Part shown: positions 50,500 to 60,463 of the stretch, in pieces | How positions within the stretch are numbered: the stretch's first letter is position 1 | Layout: every line of letters starts with the position of its first letter | Assembly: GCA_002746295.2 (NCBI GenBank) | Contig: NVWS02000073.1 | Location: 12,953-76,952, forward strand | Direction of reading: 5' to 3' | DNA: 64,000 nt | Source: Zetaproteobacteria bacterium | GTDB lineage: Bacteria; Pseudomonadota; Zetaproteobacteria; Mariprofundales; Mariprofundaceae | Notes under the pieces: generated by a model | What the model was told of the DNA's origin: nothing | What the model saw: the letters and a program-made list of their open reading frames with translations, nothing else | Databases searched by the model: none | Program-made: the position numbers and the translations under genes

Positions 50500-51144
50500 A
50501 TGAATATTATTTTATTTGGACCTCCAGGTGTAGGTAAGGGGACGCAAGGTATCCGCTTATCTGAAAAGTTTTTCATTGTTCATTTGGCAATGGGGGACTT
50601 GTTACGTGCTGCAGTCAAAGAAAAGACTGAGTTGGGTGTACAGGCGAAGTCTTATATGGATGCTGGGAAGCTTGTACCAGACTTGCTTGTCATGGGTATG
50701 ATTGAAGAGCGTATTACGGCTTCAGATGCATCCAATGGCTTTTTGTTGGATGGGTTTCCTAGGAATGTTGCGCAAGCAACTGCTTTGAATCAAATGCTTA
50801 CTGAGCATGCCTTAAATATTGATCATGTGATCTTTATGGAAGCTGAAGAATCATGTTTGATTGAACGCCTATCAGGTCGTTTGATTTGTAAAGGTTGCGG
50901 TTTTGGATTTCATAGGCATTATTCGCCGCCCAAAAATGATGGTTTATGTGATCGTTGTGGAAGTGAGTTATATCAACGTGAAGATGATCGTGAAGATGTG
51001 ATTGAACAGCGTCTTCAAGTTTATTTAAAGGAAACACAGCCTTTGTTAGAATTTTATTCTGATGTGGATGTTTTTTCTAAAGTGAACGCAATGAAAAGTA
51101 TGGATGATGTTTTCCATGCATTAGAAAAGACAGTACAGGGCTAG
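50500..51144 (+). CDS. adk: adenylate kinase (Cys4 zinc-type lid)
   Basis: 214 aa. P-loop [17 protein letters not shown], and lid CKGC...CDRC (nt 50887-50958). Confidence 0.96.
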   Translation: MNIILFGPPGVGKGTQGIRLSEKFFIVHLAMGDLLRAAVKEKTELGVQAKSYMDAGKLVPDLLVMGMIEERITASDASNGFLLDGFPRNVAQATALNQMLTEHALNIDHVIFMEAEESCLIERLSGRLICKGCGFGFHRHYSPPKNDGLCDRCGSELYQREDDREDVIEQRLQVYLKETQPLLEFYSDVDVFSKVNAMKSMDDVFHALEKTVQG

Positions 51145-51148
51145 AGAA

Positions 51149-51367
51149 ATGGCAAAAGAAGATATTATCGAAATGTCTGGGGAAGTGGTTGAAAAACTTC
51201 CGAATGCGATGTTTAAAGTTCGCTTAGAAAATAGTCATGAATTGTTATGTACGATTTCTGGAAAGATGCGAAAGTATTATATTCGAATCCTTCCGGGTGA
51301 TAAAGTTACGGTGGAAATTTCCCCTTATGACTTAAGTCGCGGTCGCATTAGTTATCGCGCAAAATGA
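51149..51367 (+). CDS. infA: translation initiation factor IF-1
   Basis: 72 aa. [28 protein letters not shown]...[16 protein letters not shown]. Confidence 0.98.
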   Translation: MAKEDIIEMSGEVVEKLPNAMFKVRLENSHELLCTISGKMRKYYIRILPGDKVTVEISPYDLSRGRISYRAK

Positions 51368-51410
51368 TAACATGGTTTTTACCATGAATATTTTGACGGA
51401 GGAATGAACA

Positions 51411-51524
51411 GTGAAAGTTCGTGCGTCAGTAAAAAAAATGTGCAGTAAATGCCAAGTGATTCGCCGCAAGGGGATTGTTCGGGTGATCTGTGAAAATCCA
51501 CGTCATAAGCAGCGTCAAGGCTGA
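51411..51524 (+). CDS. rpmJ: 50S ribosomal protein L36
   Basis: Too short for the ORF track. My translation from GTG 51411 gives [42 protein letters not shown] lies upstream. Confidence 0.93.
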   Translation: MKVRASVKKMCSKCQVIRRKGIVRVICENPRHKQRQG

Positions 51525-51556
51525 TGTGTCGTTTCGTAGTTAGGTAGGAGGAAGCA

Positions 51557-51928
51557 TTGGCTCGTATTTCTGGGGTAAATATTCCAACACAGAAACGTGT
51601 AGAGATTTCTTTAACGTATATTTTTGGTATCGGCTTAAGCAGTGCCAAGCAAATTCTTGCGGAAGCAAAAATTGATCCAAATATACGTGTAAAGGACTTG
51701 ACTGATTCTGAAGTGGATAGTATTCGTAATATCATTAACACTGATGATTTCACTGTAGAAGGTGATTTGCGTCGTGAAGTGAGTATGAATATTAAACGTC
51801 TAACAGACTTGGGTTGTTATCGTGGCTTGCGCCATCGTCATGGTCTTCCATTGCGTGGTCAAAAGACAAAGACCAACGCACGTACTCGCAAAGGTCCACG
51901 TCGTGCCATTGCAGGCAAGAAGAAGTAA
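51557..51928 (+). CDS. rpsM: 30S ribosomal protein S13
   Basis: 123 aa with a TTG start after [15 protein letters not shown]...[24 protein letters not shown]. Confidence 0.97.
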   Translation: MARISGVNIPTQKRVEISLTYIFGIGLSSAKQILAEAKIDPNIRVKDLTDSEVDSIRNIINTDDFTVEGDLRREVSMNIKRLTDLGCYRGLRHRHGLPLRGQKTKTNARTRKGPRRAIAGKKK

Positions 51929-51949
51929 AGAAGGTTAAGGGATAGTATC

Positions 51950-52336
51950 ATGGCCGCACCAAAAACAGGTAAGAAGCGTGTTCGCAAGAATGTTGCAAGC
52001 GCTGTAGCGCATATCAAAGCTTCTTTTAACAATACAATTATTACATTTACCGATGAAGCAGGGAATGCAATCAGCTGGGCAACCAGTGGCGCTGCAGGTT
52101 TTAAAGGTTCTCGTAAAAGTACGCCTTTTGCAGCGCAAGTTGCAGCTGAAGATGCAGCGCGCAAAGCGATGGATCATGGCGTAAAAAACGTATCAGTGCT
52201 AATTAAGGGTCCAGGTTCTGGACGTGAATCTGCACTTCGTGCAATTGCTGCGGTTGGTTTGAATGTGGTTGCCATTCGTGATGTTACCCCAATTCCGCAT
52301 AATGGTTGTCGCCCTCCGAAGCGACGCCGGGTTTAG
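51950..52336 (+). CDS. rpsK: 30S ribosomal protein S11
   Basis: 128 aa. [16 protein letters not shown]...[14 protein letters not shown]...[11 protein letters not shown]. Confidence 0.98.
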   Translation: MAAPKTGKKRVRKNVASAVAHIKASFNNTIITFTDEAGNAISWATSGAAGFKGSRKSTPFAAQVAAEDAARKAMDHGVKNVSVLIKGPGSGRESALRAIAAVGLNVVAIRDVTPIPHNGCRPPKRRRV

Positions 52337-52347
52337 GAGTTTAGAAG

Positions 52348-52977
52348 ATGGCTCGTTATTTAGATGCTAAGTGCCGCTTATGTCGTCGTGAGGGTGAAAA
52401 ATTATACTTGAAGGGTGGTAAATGCTACTCGGATAAGTGTCCAATTGAACGTCGTCCTTATGCACCAGGTATGCATGGTCAGGGACGTCGTGTTAAAGTT
52501 TCTAACTATGGTATTCAGCTGCGTGAGAAACAAAAAGTTAAACGTATTTATGGTTTGCAAGAAAAACAATTTTTACGTTATTTTAAAATTGCAGATAAAA
52601 TGCCTGGTGTAACAGGTTTGAACTTGTTGCAACTGCTAGAGTCACGTTTAGATAATGTGGTTTATCGCATGGGTTTGGCGGCATCACGGACTGAAGCACG
52701 TCAGATTGTACGTCACAAACTAGTGGCAGTCGGTGGTCGGATTTTGAATATCCCTTCTTATCGTGTTCGTCTTGGTGATCAAATTTCCATTGTTGATGCT
52801 GCAAAAGAACATTTGCGCATTAAATCAGCAAGTGAGCTTGCAGGTCAACGAGGACTTCCTGAATGGTTGGATATGGACTTGACAACATTTGCAGGTGTTT
52901 ATCGTGAATTACCAACACGTGATCAATTGGATCCGAATATTCGTGAACAGTTGATTGTTGAATTGTACTCCAAATAA
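52348..52977 (+). CDS. rpsD: 30S ribosomal protein S4
   Basis: 209 aa. [23 protein letters not shown]...[13 protein letters not shown]. Confidence 0.98.
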   Translation: MARYLDAKCRLCRREGEKLYLKGGKCYSDKCPIERRPYAPGMHGQGRRVKVSNYGIQLREKQKVKRIYGLQEKQFLRYFKIADKMPGVTGLNLLQLLESRLDNVVYRMGLAASRTEARQIVRHKLVAVGGRILNIPSYRVRLGDQISIVDAAKEHLRIKSASELAGQRGLPEWLDMDLTTFAGVYRELPTRDQLDPNIREQLIVELYSK

Positions 52978-52994
52978 TTAGTGAGGTTGATTTT

Positions 52995-53972
52995 ATGGAA
53001 TTGATTAAGCCACGTTCAATCTCGCTTGAAGAGATCGTTCCTGGACGTTCAGCTAAAATTACCTTTGAACCGCTAGAACGCGGTTATGGAACAACCCTAG
53101 GTAATAGCTTACGTCGGATGCTTTTGTCATCCTTGCAAGGCTCTGCAGTAACATCTGTATGTTTTGAAGGTGTAACGCATGAGTTTGACACCATCAAAGG
53201 TGTTCGTGAAGATGTGATGGATATTATGTTGGCGATGAAAGAAATTGATATCGCTATGGATAATGATGAAGCTGAAAGAGTAAACTTATCCTTCAGCGGA
53301 GAAGGAATTGTAACTGCAGGGGATATTGAATGCCCTACAGGTGTCCGTATTCTTAATCCTGAGCTCATTTTGGCACATCTTAATGTTGATGCCGCATTGA
53401 AATTTGAGGCGATTGTTGAGAAAGGACTTGGTTATGACCCTGCTCAAGAACGTTCAGATGATGAACGTCCTTTGGGGTTCTTGATGCTTGATGCTTCTTA
53501 TTCTCCAGTTCGTCGTGTTGCCACACGTGTTGAAAATGCACGTGTAAGCCAGAAAACGAACTATGATAAATTGATCCTTGAAGTGGAAACAAATGGTTCG
53601 ATTGCACCCGAAGATGCGATTGGCAAGGCTGCAAGAATCATTCAAGATCAATTGGTTGTGTTCTCTGATTTCTCAGCACTCGAAACTGTGAGCACTGAAG
53701 AGGTTGTCGATGAAGGAATCGAGGATGTGTTATCGCAACCGATTGATTATTTAGATTTATCGGTACGTTCAATGAATTGCTTGAAAAGTGATGATATTTT
53801 CCGTGTGGGTGATTTGGTTCTTCGGACTGAGCAAGAAATGTTACGCACACCCAACTTTGGTCGCAAGTCATTGAATGAGATTAAAGAAGTATTGGAAAAC
53901 ATGGGGCTTGCTTTGGGTATGGATCTAGAAAACTGGCCTCCACAAGAAGATGAAGCTGTCGAAGCTGAATGA
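52995..53972 (+). CDS. rpoA: DNA-directed RNA polymerase subunit alpha
   Basis: 325 aa. [23 protein letters not shown]; C-terminal domain [23 protein letters not shown]...[12 protein letters not shown]. Confidence 0.98.
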   Translation: MELIKPRSISLEEIVPGRSAKITFEPLERGYGTTLGNSLRRMLLSSLQGSAVTSVCFEGVTHEFDTIKGVREDVMDIMLAMKEIDIAMDNDEAERVNLSFSGEGIVTAGDIECPTGVRILNPELILAHLNVDAALKFEAIVEKGLGYDPAQERSDDERPLGFLMLDASYSPVRRVATRVENARVSQKTNYDKLILEVETNGSIAPEDAIGKAARIIQDQLVVFSDFSALETVSTEEVVDEGIEDVLSQPIDYLDLSVRSMNCLKSDDIFRVGDLVLRTEQEMLRTPNFGRKSLNEIKEVLENMGLALGMDLENWPPQEDEAVEAE

Positions 53973-54001
53973 TTTACTTAGATATTTAAGAGGAAATACC
54001 G

Positions 54002-54388
54002 ATGAGACATCGTAAACATCATGGCGGTTTAAACCGTCCAACTGGTCATCGCCGTGCATTGCTTGCAAACTTGGCAACTGCGTTGATTACCCATGGTCGT
54101 ATTGAAACAACCGAACCCAAAGCGCGGGCTATGCGTCCTTACGTTGAGAAATTGATTACGCTGGCTAAGCGTGGTGATTTGCATTCACGTCGTCAGGTTT
54201 TGGCAAAATTAAAGCATCGTCCGATTGTTGATCGCTTGTTTGATGATATTGCCTCTGCTTCCTCTGAACGTGCTGGTGGTTATACCCGCATGGTGAAAAC
54301 AGGCTTTCGTAATGGTGATGCTGCACCTATGGCTGTTGTGGAATTGGTTGATCAACCTGCTGTGCTTGAAGTTGCTCAAGAAGATTAA
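54002..54388 (+). CDS. rplQ: 50S ribosomal protein L17
   Basis: 128 aa. [25 protein letters not shown]...GGYTRMVK. Confidence 0.98.
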   Translation: MRHRKHHGGLNRPTGHRRALLANLATALITHGRIETTEPKARAMRPYVEKLITLAKRGDLHSRRQVLAKLKHRPIVDRLFDDIASASSERAGGYTRMVKTGFRNGDAAPMAVVELVDQPAVLEVAQED

Positions 54389-54413
54389 TTTCTTTTAAAG
54401 ATATGAATAAAAA

Positions 54414-54438
54414 GGTCGCACTTGTTGCGGCCTTTTTT
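54414..54438 (+). terminator. Rho-independent terminator after rplQ
   Basis: ggtcgca-cttgt-tgcggcc hairpin (one G-U pair) followed by tttttt. Confidence 0.7.
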
Positions 54439-54459
54439 GCGTTTGGGAGGGAGTGAATA

Positions 54460-55377
54460 ATGAAAACTGCTCAGCGTGGAATGTTGTTACTTAAAATCCT
54501 ATTGACCTTCTCTTTATTGTATATGGTCTTTCGTTATGTGGATGTAGGGACTGTTTGGCAGCGAATGATGGCAGTGAACCCTTGGTATTTGATAGCCTCA
54601 TGGCTTTGTATTGTTGTGGGTTATTTTTTATGTGGTTTGCGCTGGGCTTGGATGGCGGAAGGTTTGGGTATTAAAATCTCTCGTCGTCGAAAAATTAGAT
54701 TGTATTTTTTGGGTATGTTTACCAGTTTGTTTTTACCCTCAACGATTGGTGGTGATGTTGTACGTGGTGTCTTGTTGGCGAAAGGTGAGGGACGACAAGG
54801 TATTGGACTGCCTGCTGCTGCAAGTGTGATTCTGGATCGTTTGAATGGGATGTACGCGCTGATTTTGTTGTTGAGTATTTCAATGTTTTTCTTTTCATGG
54901 CCTAGAGCATGGTGGATAAGCTGGATGTTTCTGGTGGTGAGCATGTGGTTGCTTCTGTTGTTGTACCCTTGGATACATGCACGTTTGCCGGGTTGGTTTG
55001 AGAAGATCAAGCAACTTCCTTTGGATACGAAAACATTTCAGTTGATGTGGTGGAAAAGTTTACCAGTATCTTTTGTATTTCAGGTCATGGTTGTGCAAGC
55101 GCATGTTTTTTTAGCGATGGGTGTGGGCTTGGAGATGAATTGGGCAGCGATTTCAATTATGGTGGGTTTGGTTGCTTTGGTTGCAACTTTGCCTATTTCT
55201 TTGAATGGGTTTGGTATTCGTGAAGCAGGTTATGTGGGGTTCGCGGTTTATTTTGGCGCGAGCTCTGAAAGTGCTACTGCCATGGCCGCGCTATGGATTA
55301 TTGTTTTAAGTTTAGCTGCATTACCAGGTGCTTTTATTTTATGGCGCTTGGGTGGTTTGAAGGCTTTAAAATCATGA
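54460..55377 (+). CDS. lysylphosphatidylglycerol-synthase-TM-like (UPF0104, flippase-like) membrane protein
   Basis: 305 aa, about 8 TM. LRWAWMAEGLGIKISRRRKIRLYFLGMFTSLFLPSTIGGDVVRG is the family motif. Confidence 0.75.
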   Translation: MKTAQRGMLLLKILLTFSLLYMVFRYVDVGTVWQRMMAVNPWYLIASWLCIVVGYFLCGLRWAWMAEGLGIKISRRRKIRLYFLGMFTSLFLPSTIGGDVVRGVLLAKGEGRQGIGLPAAASVILDRLNGMYALILLLSISMFFFSWPRAWWISWMFLVVSMWLLLLLYPWIHARLPGWFEKIKQLPLDTKTFQLMWWKSLPVSFVFQVMVVQAHVFLAMGVGLEMNWAAISIMVGLVALVATLPISLNGFGIREAGYVGFAVYFGASSESATAMAALWIIVLSLAALPGAFILWRLGGLKALKS

Positions 55378-55399
55378 GGTTTGAACTTCCCTTGCGCCT

Positions 55400-56269
55400 T
55401 TATACGGATGTTTTTTCTGTCAATCGCTTGGCTGTATGTTGAGCCCGTTTGTGAATATAAAGCTCCAAGCGCTTAAATGTTTCACTATGATGTTTTTTGA
55501 TATACTGCATGGCATTCTGATTCAATGGCAGAATGTCTAAATCGGATGCGGCGATGGCTGAATAGGCCGATGTTTTGCCTTGATTACTGGCAAGTTCTCC
55601 AAGGACATCATGGTTGCGCCGTATTTCTAGCAAGCACTCCTTACCCAATGCATCGGTATGATAAACCTCTACATTACCCGATAGAATCAGTGTAATCGTT
55701 TGGGTTTCTTCGCCTTGGGTCAAAAGTTGAGTGTCACAAGCTGTAAATTTTGTTTGTAAATCTTTTGAAAATGTAAGACGTAAATTTTCTGGCAATGTTT
55801 GAAAAATAGGGTGGCTAAACAAGAAGCTATTAAGCATACGTTGCGAGAGTATGCTTTGCAGACGTTCTTTAAAGCTATAATCGGCTTCCAAAACTTGATG
55901 AACGGCTGATCCGTTGACGCGAATGATTTCACATGCTTTAGCCGTGTAGACTGAAGCATAACGGGGTTTGTTTCTCAAAATAGCAAACTCACCAAAAATA
56001 TCACCTGATTTCAATGAGGCAAGAACCTTGCGTTGCTGCCCCCCTTCTTTGGCAATGGATACGCAACCTGTGCGAATAAAGTACAAATCACGTGGGTTAT
56101 CGCCTTCGTGCAGTGTTTCGACACCTTGGTCAATGGTCACCAAGCGACTTGAGCCATTGAGTATGCGTATGTTTAAGGGGCTTAAGCCTTTGAGAATAGG
56201 AAATTCTTCTTCAGAAAGTAAGCTATTGGTGACAATGTTGATGTTGGATAAATCGAGAAAATCACTCAT
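55400..56269 (-). CDS. tandem cyclic-nucleotide-binding-domain protein (no output domain)
   Basis: 289 aa. Two CAP_ED-like units (GDNPRDLYFIRTGCVSI...GDIFGEFAIL and GEETQTITLILSGNVEV...DVLGELA). Confidence 0.75.
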   Translation of the reverse strand: MSDFLDLSNINIVTNSLLSEEEFPILKGLSPLNIRILNGSSRLVTIDQGVETLHEGDNPRDLYFIRTGCVSIAKEGGQQRKVLASLKSGDIFGEFAILRNKPRYASVYTAKACEIIRVNGSAVHQVLEADYSFKERLQSILSQRMLNSFLFSHPIFQTLPENLRLTFSKDLQTKFTACDTQLLTQGEETQTITLILSGNVEVYHTDALGKECLLEIRRNHDVLGELASNQGKTSAYSAIAASDLDILPLNQNAMQYIKKHHSETFKRLELYIHKRAQHTAKRLTEKTSV

Positions 56270-56378
56270 GATAGGTTTACCTTACAATGTATAATGGGCT
56301 GTGCGTATCCTGCGCCTGATAAATATGGCATGGCAGTGATGAGGCTCACATGGTTGGCTGTTGTGATGGGTGAAATAT

Positions 56379-57524
56379 TCATTCGATTTCGAGTATGCGC
56401 TCATGCTGGGTTAAATTATCACAACCTTTATCTCGAACGACCACCATATCTTCCAAACGAATGCCGCCAAGTTTTGGATAGTATAAACCAGGTTCAACGG
56501 TGACAACTTGATCGCATCTTAATATGTCATCGGATAAAGATACACGGGGTGACTCATGAATATCGAGACCAACACCATGTCCTGTGCCATGAAAGAATCC
56601 TTGTTGTTGTCCATTTTTGATGCCTGTTGGGAAGCCTTGTTGTTCAAAGTGATTGAGAATACTTTGGTGAATATCGCGTGTTTTTGCACCTGAACAGACC
56701 TGCTGTAGACCAATATCTTGCCCTTCGAGAACGGTACGGTACATCTTTTTGATGTCATCGGAGGCTTTGCCTTTGACATAACTTCGGGTCATATCTCCCC
56801 AGTAGCCGCAATCCAATAAGCGTGGAAATATATCAATAATGATGGGTTCATGGGCATAAATAAATCCTGAACCCATGTTGTGAGGATCACAAGCTTGCTT
56901 GCCGCAAGCAACAATGGTGTGTGCAGGCATCGCACCTTGGGCAATAAGAAAGGTTTCAATGGCAGCACGGATATCTTTGGCTTCCACCTGCTGTTTGCTG
57001 TCATCAGGGTGGCGTAGAATATGATCTGAACCGATGCTACAGGCGGCAAGAAATTTCTCTGCTTGCATCATGGATGCTTTGGTCAGTTGTTCTGCATGGG
57101 CTAAGTGTTTGATTTCTTCTTCGCTTTTGATGGCACGTTGTGGAAAAAGTGTGCCTTGTTGTGCGCTAACATGAAAACCAAGTTCTCTTAGTAAATCTGC
57201 ATACATCAATGGGAACTGCCCTGGCACGGTAATATGGGAAACACCATGGGCTTGTAGGAATGTTGCGGCGATGCTGGCGAGCGATGTAGGCCAACCTTCT
57301 TTGTGGGCTTTTTCACGCCAAGGGCTATCCAAGTGGACATGACTAAAATTCGATTCTTTTTCTGCTCGTCCAACTTCCAAGGGTGAAAGTAAACCATGCC
57401 AGATGGTTTGATCTTCTTCGCATAGACCGATAGCAATGAAGGCATCGGGTACAAAAATTTTTGAAATATAGAGCATATCTGCATGATGTTCGGAATCAGA
57501 AATAAGCAATTGTGCAGTGGTCAT
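56379..57524 (-). CDS. M24 family Xaa-Pro peptidase
   Basis: 381 aa. DIFPRLLDCGYWGDMTRS, HGTGHGVGLDIHESP, GGIRLEDMVVV. Confidence 0.85.
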   Translation of the reverse strand: MTTAQLLISDSEHHADMLYISKIFVPDAFIAIGLCEEDQTIWHGLLSPLEVGRAEKESNFSHVHLDSPWREKAHKEGWPTSLASIAATFLQAHGVSHITVPGQFPLMYADLLRELGFHVSAQQGTLFPQRAIKSEEEIKHLAHAEQLTKASMMQAEKFLAACSIGSDHILRHPDDSKQQVEAKDIRAAIETFLIAQGAMPAHTIVACGKQACDPHNMGSGFIYAHEPIIIDIFPRLLDCGYWGDMTRSYVKGKASDDIKKMYRTVLEGQDIGLQQVCSGAKTRDIHQSILNHFEQQGFPTGIKNGQQQGFFHGTGHGVGLDIHESPRVSLSDDILRCDQVVTVEPGLYYPKLGGIRLEDMVVVRDKGCDNLTQHERILEIE

Positions 57525-57571
57525 GGAAATCCTTTATGGCTTGTGAGTAACTTGGCTATCGTTGCAGAACA

Positions 57572-58825
57572 TTATTTTTTTTCAATGAAATCAGAGAGTT
57601 TGATCTTGGCAAGCTGGCTATTTTGCTGCTCTACAAGCTGTTGATAGGTGTTCTTTAATGGAAGGTGCCAAGCAAGTTGAGTGTTTTTTGGTGTTTGAAT
57701 ATCTTGGCTATAGACAAGCTTGTGAATCATTTGCCATGTGATGTGATGAGCATCCATGCCCAACACCCAATGACTTGAAGGATCAGGTATTTTAGATGTT
57801 TCTTGCAATAAGTGATGTTCTTGAAGTGTTTGGAAATAGGCTGATAAATCAGATTCATGACATCCCAAATCGTTGGCAATATCAGATGCTTGAATGCTAG
57901 AACCTGTTTGAAATGCCTTTGCAGCTTGATATAAAATATGATGAAAATAGAAAAGTTGGTTGGATGTCGCATGGTTTTTGTGATCGGGTGATGATTCTGG
58001 ATGTTGCAAACAAACATTGATTTCGGCACCCAATAAAACAATAAGCCAAGTGAGGTAAATCCAGATAAGGAAGATGGGAAGCGTGCCGAGTGTGCCATAT
58101 AATTTTTCGTAATTTGCCAGCTCCGTGACATAAAATGTAAACCCCAGTTTACTCACTTCAAAAAGTGCACCCGCTATGATGCCTGCAATGGCTGCGGAAC
58201 GAAAACGAACAGATGTGTTGGGTAAGCTGATATACAGGGCAGTCATGGCTAAGGAGGAAATCACCCACGGTATGAGAAATGGAATATGTTGAAATACGGA
58301 TGTATTTTCTGTGACATCATGAATGATAGGTAAAGCTGCAAAATAGGATGTGATGGAGATGGATGCGCCCAGTAATAGCGGCGAAAGTGTGAGTAAGGCC
58401 CAAAATGTGATAAAACGAGAAAAATGGGTGCGACGTTTTTTAATGCGCCAAATATCGTTGAAAGCTTCCTCCATGGTGGTGAGCAAAGCCGTGATGGTAA
58501 TCAATAAACCAATGATGCCAAAGATGGATAGACTGGTGGATTTTCCTGATAAGTTGGCAAGGTAATCCAGTACGATTTGTTGGCTGGTGGGAACCAAGTA
58601 GGTCACCAAGTGATGTTGAATACGTTGGGCAAGGTGGTCAAAATCTTGAAAGCTGGTGAAAATAGAAAATGCTAGAATGACGGTGGGAACAATGGCCAGT
58701 AGGTTGGCATAGGCGAGTGCAGACGCACGTTGAAGGCAGCGATCGTGGATGAAACGCAAGCATGCCCGTTGAAACAATGCCAATACAGCTTGGATATGAG
58801 GCAGTAAATTGAGAGGATGAGGCAT
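57572..58825 (-). CDS. YihY/BrkB family inner membrane protein with C-terminal extension
   Basis: 417 aa. RASALAYANLLAIVP, YGTLGTLPIFLIWIYLTWLIVLLGAE, plus a soluble tail of about 120 aa. Confidence 0.8.
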   Translation of the reverse strand: MPHPLNLLPHIQAVLALFQRACLRFIHDRCLQRASALAYANLLAIVPTVILAFSIFTSFQDFDHLAQRIQHHLVTYLVPTSQQIVLDYLANLSGKSTSLSIFGIIGLLITITALLTTMEEAFNDIWRIKKRRTHFSRFITFWALLTLSPLLLGASISITSYFAALPIIHDVTENTSVFQHIPFLIPWVISSLAMTALYISLPNTSVRFRSAAIAGIIAGALFEVSKLGFTFYVTELANYEKLYGTLGTLPIFLIWIYLTWLIVLLGAEINVCLQHPESSPDHKNHATSNQLFYFHHILYQAAKAFQTGSSIQASDIANDLGCHESDLSAYFQTLQEHHLLQETSKIPDPSSHWVLGMDAHHITWQMIHKLVYSQDIQTPKNTQLAWHLPLKNTYQQLVEQQNSQLAKIKLSDFIEKK

Positions 58826-58990
58826 GGTTGTATCTCCTTCGTCAGAAAGTTTAGCATGTTGGAATGTTTTTTTGCGTTTGTTTTTTGACGGCTAGAAGGG
58901 TGTCATGAAAAATATTGTTTGCAGCTTAAGCTTGCGTGTCAAGGATGATGCGTCATAATTTTGACTTTTCAGGGTTCAGGATGATTTCAA

Positions 58991-60406
58991 ATGTGGTGGG
59001 GGAATATTGATGTGAAGCAAACTGCTTATGTGTTGCTGGTGGATGATGATGAGAATATTCGCTCTACCATTCAAGAAACCCTTGAAGATGCCAATTATCA
59101 TGTTACGACCGTTGCCAATGCCATGCGTGCACGCGAAGCCATGGAAAATGGATGTTTTGATGGAGTCGTGTTGGATATTTGCTTGCCAGATGGTAGTGGT
59201 ATTGATTTGTTGAAAGAATTTCGTGTTGTCGCCCCCAATATGGGCATTGTTTTGATGACAGGTTATTCTGAAGTCAATACGGCTGTTGAAGCGGTGCGTT
59301 TGGGTGCGGATGATTTTCTAAAAAAACCTTTTGACCTTGGTGAGTTGTTGTTGCGCCTTGAAAAAGTTTTGAAAAAACGCGCTGAAAGTAAAGCTCATCG
59401 CTTATTAAAACAAAAGATCAAGGCCGATGATAGTTCACGTTCATTGATTGGGCATTGCCCCAATATTTGTAAGTTACGGGAAGTGGCGCGTTTATTGGGC
59501 GACTCCGATAGTACCGTTTTAATTACAGGTGAGTCGGGTACAGGCAAAGAAGTGATTGCCAATTTATTGCACCAATCTGGAAACCGTTCATCCAAACCCT
59601 TTGTTTCGATCAATTGTGGTGCGATTCCTGAAGAGTTGCTGGAATCAGAGTTGTTTGGGCATGTGAAGGGTGCGTTTACGGGTGCGATTCGAGCTAGACC
59701 TGGGCGCTTTGATGTTGCCAATGGTGGCACGATTTTTCTAGATGAAATTGGAGATATGAGTGCCAAGTTACAGGTGAAGTTATTGCGTGTGTTACAAGAG
59801 CGTTGCTTTGAGCCTGTAGGAAGTCAACAAAGTGTACACATCGATGTGCGTGTGGTTGCGGCAACCCATCGGAATTTAGAACAAGAAATTGAGCGTGGAA
59901 CTTTTCGTCAAGATTTATATTACCGTCTTAATGTGATTCCCTTGGAATTGCCCACATTGCATGAACGTGGCGATGATGTTTTGCTTCTGGCAAGGCATTT
60001 TATGGATATCTTTAATGATAAGAAAGGTGCTGCACTGTCGGGTATCCATGAACAAGTTCAGGCATCTTTTTTAAGCTATCCTTGGCCCGGTAATGTGCGG
60101 GAATTGCAGAACCTGATTGAACGTGTGGCAACCTTAAAACGTAGTGGAGAGATTACGTTGGAAGATTTACCTTCTAGGATGTTGAATGAAGGGCAACGTG
60201 CGATGCAAAGTTTCCGTATTCAAATTGAAGAGCATGATAACCTCGATTTTAAAGGTATTGTGGATGAGTTTGAAAGCCATTTGATTATGTTGGCTTTGGA
60301 ACGTTTTCAATGGAATAAAAACCAAGCTGCGAAATTTCTATCGATGAACCGTACAACCTTGGTTGAAAAAATTAAGAAAAAAGGTTTGGTTTCGTCGTCT
60401 AATTAA
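58991..60406 (+). CDS. sigma-54-dependent response regulator (REC-AAA+-Fis HTH, NtrC/FleR type)
   Basis: 471 aa. REC LLVDDDENIRS...VVLDICLPDGSG; AAA+ GESGTGKE, GAFTGA, FLDEIGDM; C-terminal HTH NKNQAAKFLSMNRTTL. Confidence 0.9.
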   Translation: MWWGNIDVKQTAYVLLVDDDENIRSTIQETLEDANYHVTTVANAMRAREAMENGCFDGVVLDICLPDGSGIDLLKEFRVVAPNMGIVLMTGYSEVNTAVEAVRLGADDFLKKPFDLGELLLRLEKVLKKRAESKAHRLLKQKIKADDSSRSLIGHCPNICKLREVARLLGDSDSTVLITGESGTGKEVIANLLHQSGNRSSKPFVSINCGAIPEELLESELFGHVKGAFTGAIRARPGRFDVANGGTIFLDEIGDMSAKLQVKLLRVLQERCFEPVGSQQSVHIDVRVVAATHRNLEQEIERGTFRQDLYYRLNVIPLELPTLHERGDDVLLLARHFMDIFNDKKGAALSGIHEQVQASFLSYPWPGNVRELQNLIERVATLKRSGEITLEDLPSRMLNEGQRAMQSFRIQIEEHDNLDFKGIVDEFESHLIMLALERFQWNKNQAAKFLSMNRTTLVEKIKKKGLVSSSN

Positions 60407-60463
60407 AGGTTGCTGGTCGGGTCATGTTCATGGTTTCGGCATGACTTTTGCGGTAACGGATTT

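Noticed and set aside
58860-58876. Sigma-54-like promoter TGGaatgtttttttGC upstream of the NtrC-type regulator
   Set aside because: The GG-to-GC spacing is one nucleotide longer than the -24/-12 consensus, and the flanking bases do not match (no CAC, no TTGCW). It is not reportable without a transcription start site.
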